A stretch of 49,916 nucleotides of DNA from a virus (Duplodnaviria > Caudoviricetes). The position numbers and the translations under genes are program-made. The DNA is taken from positions 1 through 49,916 of the IMG/VR virus record IMGVR_UViG_3300017647_000296. One strand, written 5' to 3'. Position 1 is the first letter of the stretch; each line of letters opens with the position of its first letter. Shown here in pieces: positions 17,856 to 27,030 of the stretch. The notes beneath the pieces are model-generated. The model did not search any database. It was not told the origin of the DNA and saw only the letters and a program-made list of their open reading frames with translations.

Positions 17856-18181
17856 CCGCCGGTCTTACCCTCATGCAGAGCCGCGCTCTCACGTTCATCG
17901 AGCGGTACATCGCGGCGAACGGTATCAGCCCGACCTATGACGAGATCGCCGCGGATCTGGGGCTTGCCTCGAAAAGCGGCGTCAACCGGCTCGTTTCAGG
18001 GCTGGAGCAGCGCGGCCGGGTTCGCAAGCTGGCGGGCAGGGCGCGCGGCATTGAGATCGTCGGTGGCCCGGACTTCCACCTCAAGCGCATCCTCGACGCC
18101 GTCCAGTGCAGCGGGTTCATCGGGAAGGATGACCCGATCATCGCCGAGGCGCGGGCTGCCATAGGGGAGTCGCGGTTATGA
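17852..18181 (+). CDS. LexA N-terminal-like winged HTH protein, no peptidase
   Basis: LT..Q..L.FI..YI...G.SPTYDEIA..LGL.SKSGV.R....LE.RG. Confidence 0.8.
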   Translation: MTAGLTLMQSRALTFIERYIAANGISPTYDEIAADLGLASKSGVNRLVSGLEQRGRVRKLAGRARGIEIVGGPDFHLKRILDAVQCSGFIGKDDPIIAEARAAIGESRL

Positions 18182-18726
18182 AAATCCTCGCCCTCGATGT
18201 TGCGACGAAATGTGGATACGCGGTTTGGGACGCAGATCGGCCACCGTCGTCCATGCTTTCGGGCGCTCTCCAGTTCACCGGAGATAACGCCTTCGAGAAA
18301 GTCGCGGACATGCGCCGGAAGCTTCCGAAGCTGATCCGCGAGCACCGGCCTGATTTTTGCGCCATCGAAGCGCCTCTCTCAATCGTGCCGACGTTCACCA
18401 AGAAGTCGAAGACCATGTTCGGCGACGAGGAGGAAGTCTCGACGATCAATCCGGGAACAGTGATGCAGCTCAACAGGCTTGCTGGTGCTGCTCAGATATG
18501 CGTGACCGGCCAGAACATCCCATGCGTCGAGGTGCGTCCTCAGTCGTGGCTCTCGGTGATCGACAAGGACATCAAGGGTTCGTCGAAGGAGCGAGCCAAG
18601 CAGATGTGTGCGCGTCTGAAAATCGTCGCCACCAACCAGGACGCACGAGACGCCTGCATCATCGCCTATTGGACGGCAAAGAAATGTGACCAGTTCCGGC
18701 TCATGGCGGCGGGTGTGGTGGCGTGA
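18178..18726 (+). CDS. RuvC-like Holliday junction resolvase
   Basis: MKILALD, AIE, DARDA acidic motifs. Confidence 0.75.
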   Translation: MKILALDVATKCGYAVWDADRPPSSMLSGALQFTGDNAFEKVADMRRKLPKLIREHRPDFCAIEAPLSIVPTFTKKSKTMFGDEEEVSTINPGTVMQLNRLAGAAQICVTGQNIPCVEVRPQSWLSVIDKDIKGSSKERAKQMCARLKIVATNQDARDACIIAYWTAKKCDQFRLMAAGVVA

Positions 18727-18728
18727 AC

Positions 18729-20174
18729 ATGCATACACCGCCCGAGCGAGTCGTCCCGCAGAACATCGAAGCCGAGCAGGCTTTGCTGGGCGCGCTGCTC
18801 GTCAACAACGAGGCGTTCCACCGCGTCTCGGCATTTCTCGAGCCAGACCACTTCTTCGAGCCGATCCACAGGCAGATTTTCGAGGTGATCGGCCAGATGA
18901 TCCGCGCGGGAAAAGGCGCGAATCCTGTCACCATCAAGAGCTACCTGCCAGAGCAGGAGAAGGTCTCCGAGGATATGACGGTGGCACAGTATCTCGGCAT
19001 GCTGGCCTCGTCAGCCGTCACGATCATCAACATTAGAGATTACGGCTTCGCGATCCATGAGATGTGGATCAGGCGACAGGCGATCGTGGCATGCGAGGAC
19101 GTCGTCAACGTCGCGTTCAATCTCCCTCCCGACAAAGACATTCTTGCCGAAATTGCGCCGCTGGAGGACCAGCTTGCCCGGCTTCGTGCAGAGCGCATCA
19201 AGGGTGAGGCAGGGAAGGGCGCAGGGCAGTCCTACCTCGACAGCCTGTCGGCATCCTACCAGCGAGGAGAAGTTCGCGGCGTACCGATCGCGCTCGACGA
19301 AATCGCCGAGGTGATCTCCGAACCATGCTTCGAGGCCGGCAACCTCTACGGTCTGCTCTCCAGTTCAGGCGAGGGCAAAACCTCCCTCACGATCCAGTTG
19401 ATGCTCTACGCGCTGAAGAAGGGGCACCCGGTCTGCTTCCTCTCCTATGACCAGTCATCGGATCAGGTGATCCGGCAGATGGTGGCGCAGGAGCACGAGA
19501 TCGAGGCGCGCCGGCAGCGCGATGCCAAGCTGCTTTCCGAGAAGGAGTTCGAGACGTGCATGAACTTTGCTCAATGGATCGGATCTGTTCCATTCGAGGT
19601 GATCAAATGCACCGACCAATCGGCACCTCAACTTGTCGGGCTGGCGCGAACCTTCGTGAAGCGGAAGGGCAACGACAAGGTTCCGTTCGTGGTGGTTGAC
19701 CACATCGGGGTCGTGAAGCCGGAGGATCGGCGGGCGGACGAGGGCACGAAGGCAAAGGGAATCGGGCAAATCCTGAAGGCCGGCGCCGAGATGACCGACG
19801 CGGCGTGGCTGGTGCTCAATCAGCGCAACAGCTTCGGCATGAAGCGCGACAACCCGCGGCCGATCTCGATAGACCTGTTCGGCGGCGATCCGGCCAAGAC
19901 CCCGTTCGACGCGATCTTCTACCTCTATCGCTTCCTGAAGTTCCTTGAGGAGCGGAAGGCCATCGCCAGTAGCGATTCTGACTGGAAGAAGATCGAGAAG
20001 GCGTTCCCGACGGCTGTTCGGATCGATGGAATAGACATCGCCGAGATTGGAGCGGTGAAGGTCAGGTTTGGCTCCCCCCATATTCGTGAGCGGCTGATCT
20101 TCGAGGCCAGATTGACCCGCTACAAGTCGCAGCGCCCCCCGGCAGAACAAGAACCCATTGGAGGTCTCCTATGA
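18729..20174 (+). CDS. DnaB-like replicative helicase
   Basis: PQNIEAEQALLGALL N-domain; Walker A SGEGKT; VVDHI; LNQ; KVRFG. Confidence 0.85.
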   Translation: MHTPPERVVPQNIEAEQALLGALLVNNEAFHRVSAFLEPDHFFEPIHRQIFEVIGQMIRAGKGANPVTIKSYLPEQEKVSEDMTVAQYLGMLASSAVTIINIRDYGFAIHEMWIRRQAIVACEDVVNVAFNLPPDKDILAEIAPLEDQLARLRAERIKGEAGKGAGQSYLDSLSASYQRGEVRGVPIALDEIAEVISEPCFEAGNLYGLLSSSGEGKTSLTIQLMLYALKKGHPVCFLSYDQSSDQVIRQMVAQEHEIEARRQRDAKLLSEKEFETCMNFAQWIGSVPFEVIKCTDQSAPQLVGLARTFVKRKGNDKVPFVVVDHIGVVKPEDRRADEGTKAKGIGQILKAGAEMTDAAWLVLNQRNSFGMKRDNPRPISIDLFGGDPAKTPFDAIFYLYRFLKFLEERKAIASSDSDWKKIEKAFPTAVRIDGIDIAEIGAVKVRFGSPHIRERLIFEARLTRYKSQRPPAEQEPIGGLL

Positions 20175-20506
20175 CTGATCCTTGGCGCACCAGGCAATTC
20201 GGAGCCGGGTATTCCGCGGAGTGGCTGCCGGTCGGTCAACATTCATGGCGCATCCTTCGCGAGGCAGGAAAGGTGAAGACCTTCCCCACCGCGCGCGAGG
20301 CGCTGCGGGCGGCGAAGGAGCGGTTTCTGAGATCGCTGGAGCCGGAAATCCGGGCCACTCTGCCGGCCGATCCAGACCGCATGGCAGAGAAGATGAAGGC
20401 CGAGGCGGAAGCCTGGCTTAAATCCTCCCGACAGGACAAGCAGGCTGCGACGACGATCCGTAAGCCCGGCCGGAAGCAGGTGATCGTGATGCGGGGGCGG
20501 GCATGA
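20171..20506 (+). CDS. hypothetical phage protein
   Basis: ATGA overlaps. Confidence 0.6.
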   Translation: MTDPWRTRQFGAGYSAEWLPVGQHSWRILREAGKVKTFPTAREALRAAKERFLRSLEPEIRATLPADPDRMAEKMKAEAEAWLKSSRQDKQAATTIRKPGRKQVIVMRGRA

Positions 20507-20811
20507 GCTATCGCGACTGGCATGTCGGGATGAAGGTCGTGTGCGTTGATGACAGCAACCGAACCTATGAGCACATGGGGTTCACCTATGTGAAGAAGGG
20601 GTCGGTCTACACAATACGCGAAATGTACATGACAACTCGCCTCGCCATTCTAGTCGAGGAAGTGGTGAACCGGCCAGCGGCCGTAAGAGGGCACGGCATT
20701 CGTGAGCCCGGTTTTGGCGCCTGTCATTTCCGCCCGGTCCAGCCTCGCAAGACCGACATCAGCATCTTCACGGCGATGCTCAACAATCAGCGCCAAGAGG
20801 AGCCGGCATGA
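20503..20811 (+). CDS. SH3-like phage protein
   Basis: VGMKVVCVD..G.VYTIR..FRPV..RKTDISIF. Confidence 0.7.
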   Translation: MSYRDWHVGMKVVCVDDSNRTYEHMGFTYVKKGSVYTIREMYMTTRLAILVEEVVNRPAAVRGHGIREPGFGACHFRPVQPRKTDISIFTAMLNNQRQEEPA

Positions 20812-20978
20812 GCAAGCCTGTCGGCCTTCACTGCGTCGCATGTGGCAAACGGATGCTTCGCACCGTGGATTCGCGCCCCGTCAACGGCGCAATCCGTCGG
20901 CGCAAGGAGTGCGTATCCTGCGGCGCTCGCGTCACCACCATCGAGAAAGTAGTGAAGGTGAAGGAGGCGGAATCCTAA
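20808..20978 (+). CDS. stand-alone NrdR-type zinc ribbon (56 aa, not in the ORF track)
   Basis: CVACG..TVDSRP..AIRRRKECVSCGARVTTIE; ATGA and TAATG overlaps. Confidence 0.75.
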   Translation: MSKPVGLHCVACGKRMLRTVDSRPVNGAIRRRKECVSCGARVTTIEKVVKVKEAES

Positions 20979-21265
20979 TGCGCGGCCGCCCGCCACGATA
21001 CACGGAGCGCCACAGGTTCATGGTGCATGTCCTGCATCTGCACGGCCTGTCCTACGAGCGCATCGCCGTCGTCATGCGCCTTTACAGCGTGCCGATGACC
21101 GACAGCACCGTGCGTTGGATCGTGAGCCAATTGCCTTATCGCAGGGCGGAGATGCCTGTACGTGTGCGCCAGCGTTTCCTTGATCGCCTCAAGGCGCATC
21201 GGCTCGACCGCGCCTACGGGCAGGAGGGGCTTCCCGACGAATTTTACACGGCGAGGGAATCGTGA
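20978..21265 (+). CDS. HTH protein
   Basis: GRPPRY..GLSYERIA..STVRWI. Confidence 0.6.
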   Translation: MRGRPPRYTERHRFMVHVLHLHGLSYERIAVVMRLYSVPMTDSTVRWIVSQLPYRRAEMPVRVRQRFLDRLKAHRLDRAYGQEGLPDEFYTARES

Positions 21266-22041
21266 GCGACACCTACCGAGCCGGCGACGAGGACTTCGAT
21301 TTCATCCGCGGCCGCTTCTACGACATGGCCGAGCGCCATCTGCGCGATTGCCCGCCGACACCATCGAAGGCGAAGGGCAAGAAGAAGCGCGACAAGAAGG
21401 CCGAGACCAAGCCGGAGCAGACGGAAATCGACGGCAAGCCTGTCGAGATCGCGCGGACAGGGGCAGGGGAAGCCATCAACCACGCCGCCGATGCGCTGCA
21501 ATGGCTGATCCGCAAGGACCATCTGCGCTCGCCTGTGCCGCACAACCTACGGCTGAACGAGCGGGACCGGCTACTGACGATCTCCCATGCCGAGGCCGTC
21601 AAGCGAACCGACACGGCGCAGAAACTCGCCGGCATATTCGAGAAGGCGGCTATCGCTCCGTTGCGCAGTCCAGACTTCGAGGCGGTGCCTGGAGGTTCGT
21701 TCGGCCCTCGCTCGATCAGCCTCACCAAGCTTCAGTGCATTGGAATCCTTGCTGAGCTTGGCAGGGACATCCCGCCGGCTTGCCTGCGGCTTCTGGAGGC
21801 GATCATCTGCCGGAACGAGTTCCCGTGGCACGGGGCAGGCAAGGCCGATCAGAGGCGCATCATGGCTGAAATCCGGATGGCTATCGACTTCGCTTCATTC
21901 AGCCTCGATAAGCACCACGGACGGAGCGAGATGACCGAGGATGAGGTTGTGCGGCGTTGGCCGGCGGCGCAGGATTGGTTCACGGCGCGAAGGCTTGCGG
22001 AATCCGCGCTCGCGTTCAAAATGGACAGGAAGCCGGAGTAG
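21262..22041 (+). CDS. hypothetical protein at the late-regulator position
   Basis: last large gene of the early rightward operon. Confidence 0.65.
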   Translation: MSDTYRAGDEDFDFIRGRFYDMAERHLRDCPPTPSKAKGKKKRDKKAETKPEQTEIDGKPVEIARTGAGEAINHAADALQWLIRKDHLRSPVPHNLRLNERDRLLTISHAEAVKRTDTAQKLAGIFEKAAIAPLRSPDFEAVPGGSFGPRSISLTKLQCIGILAELGRDIPPACLRLLEAIICRNEFPWHGAGKADQRRIMAEIRMAIDFASFSLDKHHGRSEMTEDEVVRRWPAAQDWFTARRLAESALAFKMDRKPE

Positions 22042-22046
22042 AGCCC

Positions 22047-22433
22047 ATGCAGGCACAAGAGATCGCTGAAACCCTCGTCTTGGCGGCCGTTGTCAGCGGC
22101 GAGAGGGCGGAGAACAGGCGGATCGCGATGGCCGTATGCGCAGGCCGAATTCTTGGTCGTGGCAGCATGACGATCGACGACTTTCGCGAGATAGCGGAGA
22201 CTGCACCGGCTTTCCTCCACGAATCCGGCGAGCGGCCGACTGAATTGCGGAAGCGTCTACCTATCGACGCGGAGGCGTTTTCGGTTATGGCTGAGGCCGC
22301 GCGTCCGAAGCTTATCGAGATGCGCGCGAAGCTGCCGCGGTCCTTCGACGAGTTCGTTTCGGAAGAGGTCGCCGCGATCCTCAGAAACATCGCGGCAACG
22401 GAATCCTTCAAGATGGACCGAGCGCCGCAATAG
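22047..22433 (+). CDS. hypothetical protein
   Basis: GGAG SD, ATG 22047. Confidence 0.55.
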   Translation: MQAQEIAETLVLAAVVSGERAENRRIAMAVCAGRILGRGSMTIDDFREIAETAPAFLHESGERPTELRKRLPIDAEAFSVMAEAARPKLIEMRAKLPRSFDEFVSEEVAAILRNIAATESFKMDRAPQ

Positions 22434-22439
22434 CGGTAG

Positions 22440-22931
22440 TCAACTCGGATAAAGGCGCTGATCGTCAAGAGCATCCGAAGCAGCCTCCAGCCACATGACA
22501 TGCTCACCGGGCGCAACGGTGTCTATCCACTCGATCTCGCACAGGATCGTTTCCTCGGACGCCTGATACACAGTTCCCGACACGGCATCGACAGGTTCCT
22601 CGGATGTTTCCGGCTCGCCGTCGTCGTCGCAGGAGACGACGCGGGCGATAAAACGTGGCGGCTGCATGTGCATGATGTACTCGCGCCGCGCCGTGCCATC
22701 CGGGCTGATGCCGTCGCCGATCAGCCATTCGTCGCGTGGCCACGGAGAAATGTCGGTCGCGCCGATCATCTCGGCGAGCTTGTCGTCGACCCAATCCGGG
22801 GTGGAGCCCTGCTTAAGCCAGCGCCGAACCGTGCGGCTCTCGACATCGAGGCGGCGGGCAATCTCCGACTGCCAGCCGACTGCGGTGCGAAGGATGGCGA
22901 TTGAGGTTGCGGTGAACTTCTGCGCGTCCAT
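22440..22931 (-). CDS. HTH regulator with acidic C-terminal domain
   Basis: GWQSEIARRLDVESRTVRRWL. Confidence 0.75.
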   Translation of the reverse strand: MDAQKFTATSIAILRTAVGWQSEIARRLDVESRTVRRWLKQGSTPDWVDDKLAEMIGATDISPWPRDEWLIGDGISPDGTARREYIMHMQPPRFIARVVSCDDDGEPETSEEPVDAVSGTVYQASEETILCEIEWIDTVAPGEHVMWLEAASDALDDQRLYPS

Positions 22932-22932
22932 G

Positions 22933-23403
22933 TCAGGCAGCCTCTTTCAGCATTGCCGTAGCCATTGCGGCAGCTTCGGTGACGATCTCCTCGTAGCGCG
23001 CGCCCGGGAACTTAACGTGATCGAACTCGGCTTCGTCGCGGGGGACGCCGGCGTCGTTGCGATCGTCGTCGGTTCCGTCGCGCCGGACCATGTCGAACTC
23101 GACGGGCTCGCCGTCGTCACCGAAATAGGTCGGCTCGCCGGCCTCGTACCACACGAACATGACGCGGGCGTCTTCGTCGGTGCGGAAAGTATGATCCGAG
23201 CCATGCCGGTCGCCGTGGCACGAGAAGCGCAGCTTTAGATACTCGTTTTCGTCCTCGCCCAGAATCGCGACGTGCACATAGGCGCTTTCCGAGATGTTCG
23301 ACGCACTGAAATCGGCGGCAATGCCGGAGACGCCCGAAAGGCGCTCGATTACGTCGAAGGCGAGGCTGGAATTGAGGTCTGCAAGATTCTTGAAAGTCTT
23401 CAT
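22933..23403 (-). CDS. acidic hypothetical protein
   Basis: AAGGAG SD; LRFSCH motif; D/E-rich. Confidence 0.7.
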   Translation of the reverse strand: MKTFKNLADLNSSLAFDVIERLSGVSGIAADFSASNISESAYVHVAILGEDENEYLKLRFSCHGDRHGSDHTFRTDEDARVMFVWYEAGEPTYFGDDGEPVEFDMVRRDGTDDDRNDAGVPRDEAEFDHVKFPGARYEEIVTEAAAMATAMLKEAA

Positions 23404-23447
23404 AGCGGTCTCCTTTGACACTGCTGGGCGGGCCTGTGCCCTTCCCT

Positions 23448-23484
23448 ATGTCCTAATACTAGGACATTTTACCATGTCTGGCAA
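23448..23484 (-). promoter_or_regulatory. sigma70 promoter with overlapping palindromic operator
   Basis: minus strand TTGCCA-N17-TAGTAT; perfect IR ATGTCCTA-ATAC-TAGGACAT (23448-23467). Confidence 0.7.
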
Positions 23485-23496
23485 GCTGAAATTTCG

Positions 23497-23853
23497 CTAC
23501 CAGACGATTCCAAACGCACGCCAGAGCAGCCTATCCAGCCAGTTGAACGGCTTCCCGCGCTGCTTCTCGATCGACGCTTGGAAATCGTCCTCGATCTTGC
23601 GGAAGATGTCGCGCGGCATGTCGCTGAACTGCACGTCGCTGACACAGCGTATATAGCCCTCGTAAAGCTCCGGCCGGCTGAACTTGTAGACCGACCGGGC
23701 GCGGCGCATGATCTCGGCCTTGGCATCGGCGAAGGACTTCCCCTGTCGCATCAGATGCGCAACTGCGTCGGTTGCGTCGAGTCTCGCCTTGTGAGCGCAT
23801 TCCACCTCCCATTTCTGGAGCCCGAGCGCGTTTCCTCTCCAGCCGCGGGCCAT
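23497..23853 (-). CDS. hypothetical protein
   Basis: TGATG coupling, GAGGA SD. Confidence 0.6.
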   Translation of the reverse strand: MARGWRGNALGLQKWEVECAHKARLDATDAVAHLMRQGKSFADAKAEIMRRARSVYKFSRPELYEGYIRCVSDVQFSDMPRDIFRKIEDDFQASIEKQRGKPFNWLDRLLWRAFGIVW

Positions 23854-24158
23854 CAGGAATCCTCCTCTATGTAGCGTTCCGCAGCCTCCCGTGCCGTCTC
23901 CACACCCCCAGGAAGGGCAAGGAGCGCGAAGAAGGCCGGGAGATAGGTCGGCGCATCCTGTCGGCCATCAAGCCATTTCTGCACAGTGGAATCGTCCGGC
24001 CCGTTGTACCTGGCGCCGATGATCCGCGAGAACTGGCCGACGGATAGGCCGGTGCGTTGGAGCGCGGCCGAAATCTCGACCGGCGTCATCTTTCGGTAGG
24101 TGTATCTTCGCATGCGATCCCCCATAGGCGACCGCAGCATATCGAAAACGCGAGTCAT
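23853..24158 (-). CDS. HTH protein
   Basis: MTPVEISAALQRTGLSVGQFSRIIG..TVQKWLDG. Confidence 0.7.
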   Translation of the reverse strand: MTRVFDMLRSPMGDRMRRYTYRKMTPVEISAALQRTGLSVGQFSRIIGARYNGPDDSTVQKWLDGRQDAPTYLPAFFALLALPGGVETAREAAERYIEEDS

Positions 24159-24610
24159 GTCTTCTTTGTCCTCCCTCCGCCGCGCGTATAGACGCCCTTG
24201 CGGTCTTCGCTTGCCTTGATGCGGACGCCTAAACGGGAATCCTGTCCAGAAGGCCGCCCGACTGCCGGCGGGATATGGGCGCGGCCTATGCTGCCCTGAT
24301 CCCGGTCGATCGCGGCCTTCCGCTGCTTATCCTGGGTCGCAGGCGGCCACATTGAAATTGTACGTGGCAGGTCGAACATTTCCTTGTATCTGCGGGCGTC
24401 AAGATCGTGGACCCGCATATGCGTGTTGAGAGTTCCGAACCACTTTCCGCAGGCGTGACATTGGACCTTCGTCCCATCAGCCGAGAAGCTCATGACGCCG
24501 CGTGGCGGCAATGTGGGGTCGGGCTGTGGCTCGGGCTGTGGCGACGGCCTCTTGCGCTTCTTCCACTCGCGCATATAGGCCAGTCGCCGCTCTCGGTCCT
24601 TGTGAGGCAT
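24155..24610 (-). CDS. Ros/MucR-type zinc-finger protein
   Basis: VQCHACGKWFGTLNTHMRVHDL..RYKEMFDL. Confidence 0.75.
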   Translation of the reverse strand: MPHKDRERRLAYMREWKKRKRPSPQPEPQPDPTLPPRGVMSFSADGTKVQCHACGKWFGTLNTHMRVHDLDARRYKEMFDLPRTISMWPPATQDKQRKAAIDRDQGSIGRAHIPPAVGRPSGQDSRLGVRIKASEDRKGVYTRGGGRTKKT

Positions 24611-24897
24611 CAGGGCCGCATCTCGTCATCAAGATAGCGCCGTAGTGCGTCTTCGGGGCTGTCGGCATCGGTCCACGAGGTCATGCCGCTCGATCCCGAT
24701 CCGACATAGACCAGCCCGGCGCGCCCAGAATCCTCGTGCCAGGCGATATGGATGCCGTTGCCGGTGCGGAAATCGCCGTCGAACTCGGCGGCGAAGAAAG
24801 CGGTGAAGCCGTCCGCGTCCATCTCCGCGGCAAGGCCCTTGTCCAGCGCGGAAAGTTCGATGGCCTCAAGGTTGGTGCGGTCTATGGTCTTGGTCAT
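24610..24897 (-). CDS. small acidic protein
   Basis: GAGGAG SD; coupled to the MucR-like gene. Confidence 0.65.
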   Translation of the reverse strand: MTKTIDRTNLEAIELSALDKGLAAEMDADGFTAFFAAEFDGDFRTGNGIHIAWHEDSGRAGLVYVGSGSSGMTSWTDADSPEDALRRYLDDEMRP

Positions 24898-24943
24898 TTC
24901 TGTTGTCTCCTCTTGGTTGATGATAGCGGAATCCGTGGTGGTG

Positions 24944-25156
24944 TCAGCCGATAGCCTCGCGGGCCTTTGCCTGCGCATCCTCGGCGGCGTCTAGCGCATC
25001 CTGAATCGTGCCATCTGCATCATCGAACATGCCGCGCATCTGGTGGATTTGATCCATACAGGCCGACAGCGCGCCGATGCAGTCGAGCAGCGCAGCCTTG
25101 ATGGGATCGGCAGCGCGTTCAGCGGCGTCCTTCTCGATCAGGTCTTCCATAGGCAT
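24944..25156 (-). CDS. small helical protein
   Basis: AAAGGA SD; ends AQAKAREAIG. Confidence 0.55.
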   Translation of the reverse strand: MPMEDLIEKDAAERAADPIKAALLDCIGALSACMDQIHQMRGMFDDADGTIQDALDAAEDAQAKAREAIG

Positions 25157-25260
25157 CGTGAGGATCCTTTCCCGTTCAGCCATGCGCGGCCGGTGGCAGG
25201 CGCTGGCGTTGTTTCTGGTGTAGAGGGGCGCAGAACAGCCCGCGTCCGCTGGGGAGGCTG

Positions 25261-25395
25261 CTAGCCGGGCGCGAACCCGACGCAGATAAGGGCGATTGAA
25301 GCGACGATGACGACGACGCCGACAAATTCGGCAATGGTGGCGAGCCAGTCGCGCCATGTCGTTTCGGCGAGGGTGTCGAGAACGGCGCGGATCAT
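25261..25395 (-). CDS. 44-aa single-TM protein (not in the ORF track)
   Basis: ATGA overlap; FVGVVVIVASIALICVGF. Confidence 0.5.
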   Translation of the reverse strand: MIRAVLDTLAETTWRDWLATIAEFVGVVVIVASIALICVGFAPG

Positions 25396-25760
25396 GGGCG
25401 TGCTCGCCCAAGATGCTCCCCCATAGAGGGTTGCCGCGCCAATTCGATAGGGCCGTAGTTGGAATACTTAAGCGGCGGGTGCTGGCGGCCGAATGACGTC
25501 AGGATGTAGACGACGCCGAGATAAAGATTACCGCATCCGAAACCGAAGCGCGGGCGATACCAGACATAACGCGGCTTGCCGTCCTTGTAGAGCGCACCAG
25601 GTTGACGCAGGAGCGGCGAGCGCAATCCGATAGTGATATGCCGCCATGTCGGATAGTCGCTGCTATCGCCCTTCCAAGCCCGCTGAATCGACCATGTAAA
25701 ATCGAGGTGGCCGATCATGCCGTGGTATGTCCAGCCGCCGAACTTGAATTTGATTCTCAT
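25392..25760 (-). CDS. hypothetical protein
   Basis: GGAGG SD, ATGA overlaps. Confidence 0.6.
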   Translation of the reverse strand: MRIKFKFGGWTYHGMIGHLDFTWSIQRAWKGDSSDYPTWRHITIGLRSPLLRQPGALYKDGKPRYVWYRPRFGFGCGNLYLGVVYILTSFGRQHPPLKYSNYGPIELARQPSMGEHLGRARP

Positions 25761-25987
25761 GGCTGCATCACCTCCATAATTTCCGAGTAATCGCCGAAGC
25801 GGTCTTCGCAGTTGTCGAGGAACCAGCCTTCGGACATGGTGTCCGCCTCGAACGTGATCGCGTCGTCACCTTGGAAGGTCGCGACCTTGAGGCCGGCGGC
25901 GGATAGGTGCTCCAGAACGTAGGCGATTCCGTTGCCGAAGCTGGTCACGCGCCATCCGTTGCGGTCGTAGATGATGACCTGTTTCAT
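25757..25987 (-). CDS. small acidic protein
   Basis: GGAGG SD, MKQVIIYD. Confidence 0.6.
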   Translation of the reverse strand: MKQVIIYDRNGWRVTSFGNGIAYVLEHLSAAGLKVATFQGDDAITFEADTMSEGWFLDNCEDRFGDYSEIMEVMQP

Positions 25988-26178
25988 GCCGGCACCTCCC
26001 CGGCGGGGCCGCCGTCGATCGAGCCAGCGGCCATGCGCTTTTGTTCGTCGGACAACCAGAGGCCGCGCGCTCGCAATTCGGCCATAGCTTCGGCCTGGGC
26101 AGCACCACGGCAATGCACGGCGCGGATGATGACGGCAAAGGCCGGTATCGAGCGGATAGGGGCGAGGGGCGTTGTCAT
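25984..26178 (-). CDS. hypothetical protein
   Basis: coupled; EL..RGLWLS.EQ. Confidence 0.6.
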   Translation of the reverse strand: MTTPLAPIRSIPAFAVIIRAVHCRGAAQAEAMAELRARGLWLSDEQKRMAAGSIDGGPAGEVPA

Positions 26179-26675
26179 TTGTAACGAGCCTCCATTTCTT
26201 CGCGCGTGAGCGGGTTTGTCTGGTAGTTGCGCACGATCTCGACCCGCTCGCCTTCCGGCACGGGGACGCGACCTTGCTGGAAATCGTGGGTTTTCAGCAG
26301 TTGTCGGGCGTCAGCTACAGCACCCGGTCCGGCCAGCGCCGGGGCGCGTTTATCGGTCGCAAGCCATTGCAGATGCGCACGGCAATGCGCTGCCAGATCA
26401 AGCGAGTCCTCTCGCCAGTGCTTCAGATCGTATCGACCGCGATAGGTGAAGCCGTCAGCAAAGGTCACAACAAAATCGTGCTTGTCATAGCCCCCGCCTT
26501 CCGGCGCGGTGCTGGCCTCGCCTCGCAAGATGGCCCAGCACTCGGACCAGCGAGTCGCCTTGTGCGTCCGGTCGCAACGATGGGCCGGGCCTTCCCGGCG
26601 GGTGATCTCGATCGAAACAGGCTCGATCAACTGGCGATAGGTGACGCCATCGACGCCGATATATGCACGGATCAT
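26175..26675 (-). CDS. protein with an LPD25-like (polyvalent-protein-associated) motif
   Basis: GGYDKHDFVVTFADGFTYRGRYDL. Confidence 0.6.
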   Translation of the reverse strand: MIRAYIGVDGVTYRQLIEPVSIEITRREGPAHRCDRTHKATRWSECWAILRGEASTAPEGGGYDKHDFVVTFADGFTYRGRYDLKHWREDSLDLAAHCRAHLQWLATDKRAPALAGPGAVADARQLLKTHDFQQGRVPVPEGERVEIVRNYQTNPLTREEMEARYK

Positions 26676-26678
26676 CGG

Positions 26679-26942
26679 TCAGCCCTCCACCTTGAAGGCC
26701 GAGTCCGGCGCGTGATCGGCGCAAACGAAGCAGTAACCGCCGCTCGGCAGCCCGCCGCCGAACCATTCGCCTTGCCAGTCGAGCTTTTCAGCCAGGCGGA
26801 GCGCGGCGGCGAGGTGATTTTCGCCAGCGTTCAGGGCGTGGTCGTAATCGACGGTGACGGCACCGGCCTCGGCGCGGGCGGTGATACAGCTTCCGCGCGT
26901 GTTCGTCGGGCCGTGGTACTTCGTGACGATTGCCTGTCTCAT
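26679..26942 (-). CDS. conserved small phage protein
   Basis: AIVTKYHGPTNTRGS..NH..AA..L..KLDW..GYCFV. Confidence 0.75.
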   Translation of the reverse strand: MRQAIVTKYHGPTNTRGSCITARAEAGAVTVDYDHALNAGENHLAAALRLAEKLDWQGEWFGGGLPSGGYCFVCADHAPDSAFKVEG

Positions 26943-27030
26943 GACAGTTCCTTTCGACATAGCTCCGCCGTGGCGCTGAATCGCGCGGCAAGCGGTCTGT
27001 TTCGGTTCGGGTTAGGGCAGGGGCGGCGGG

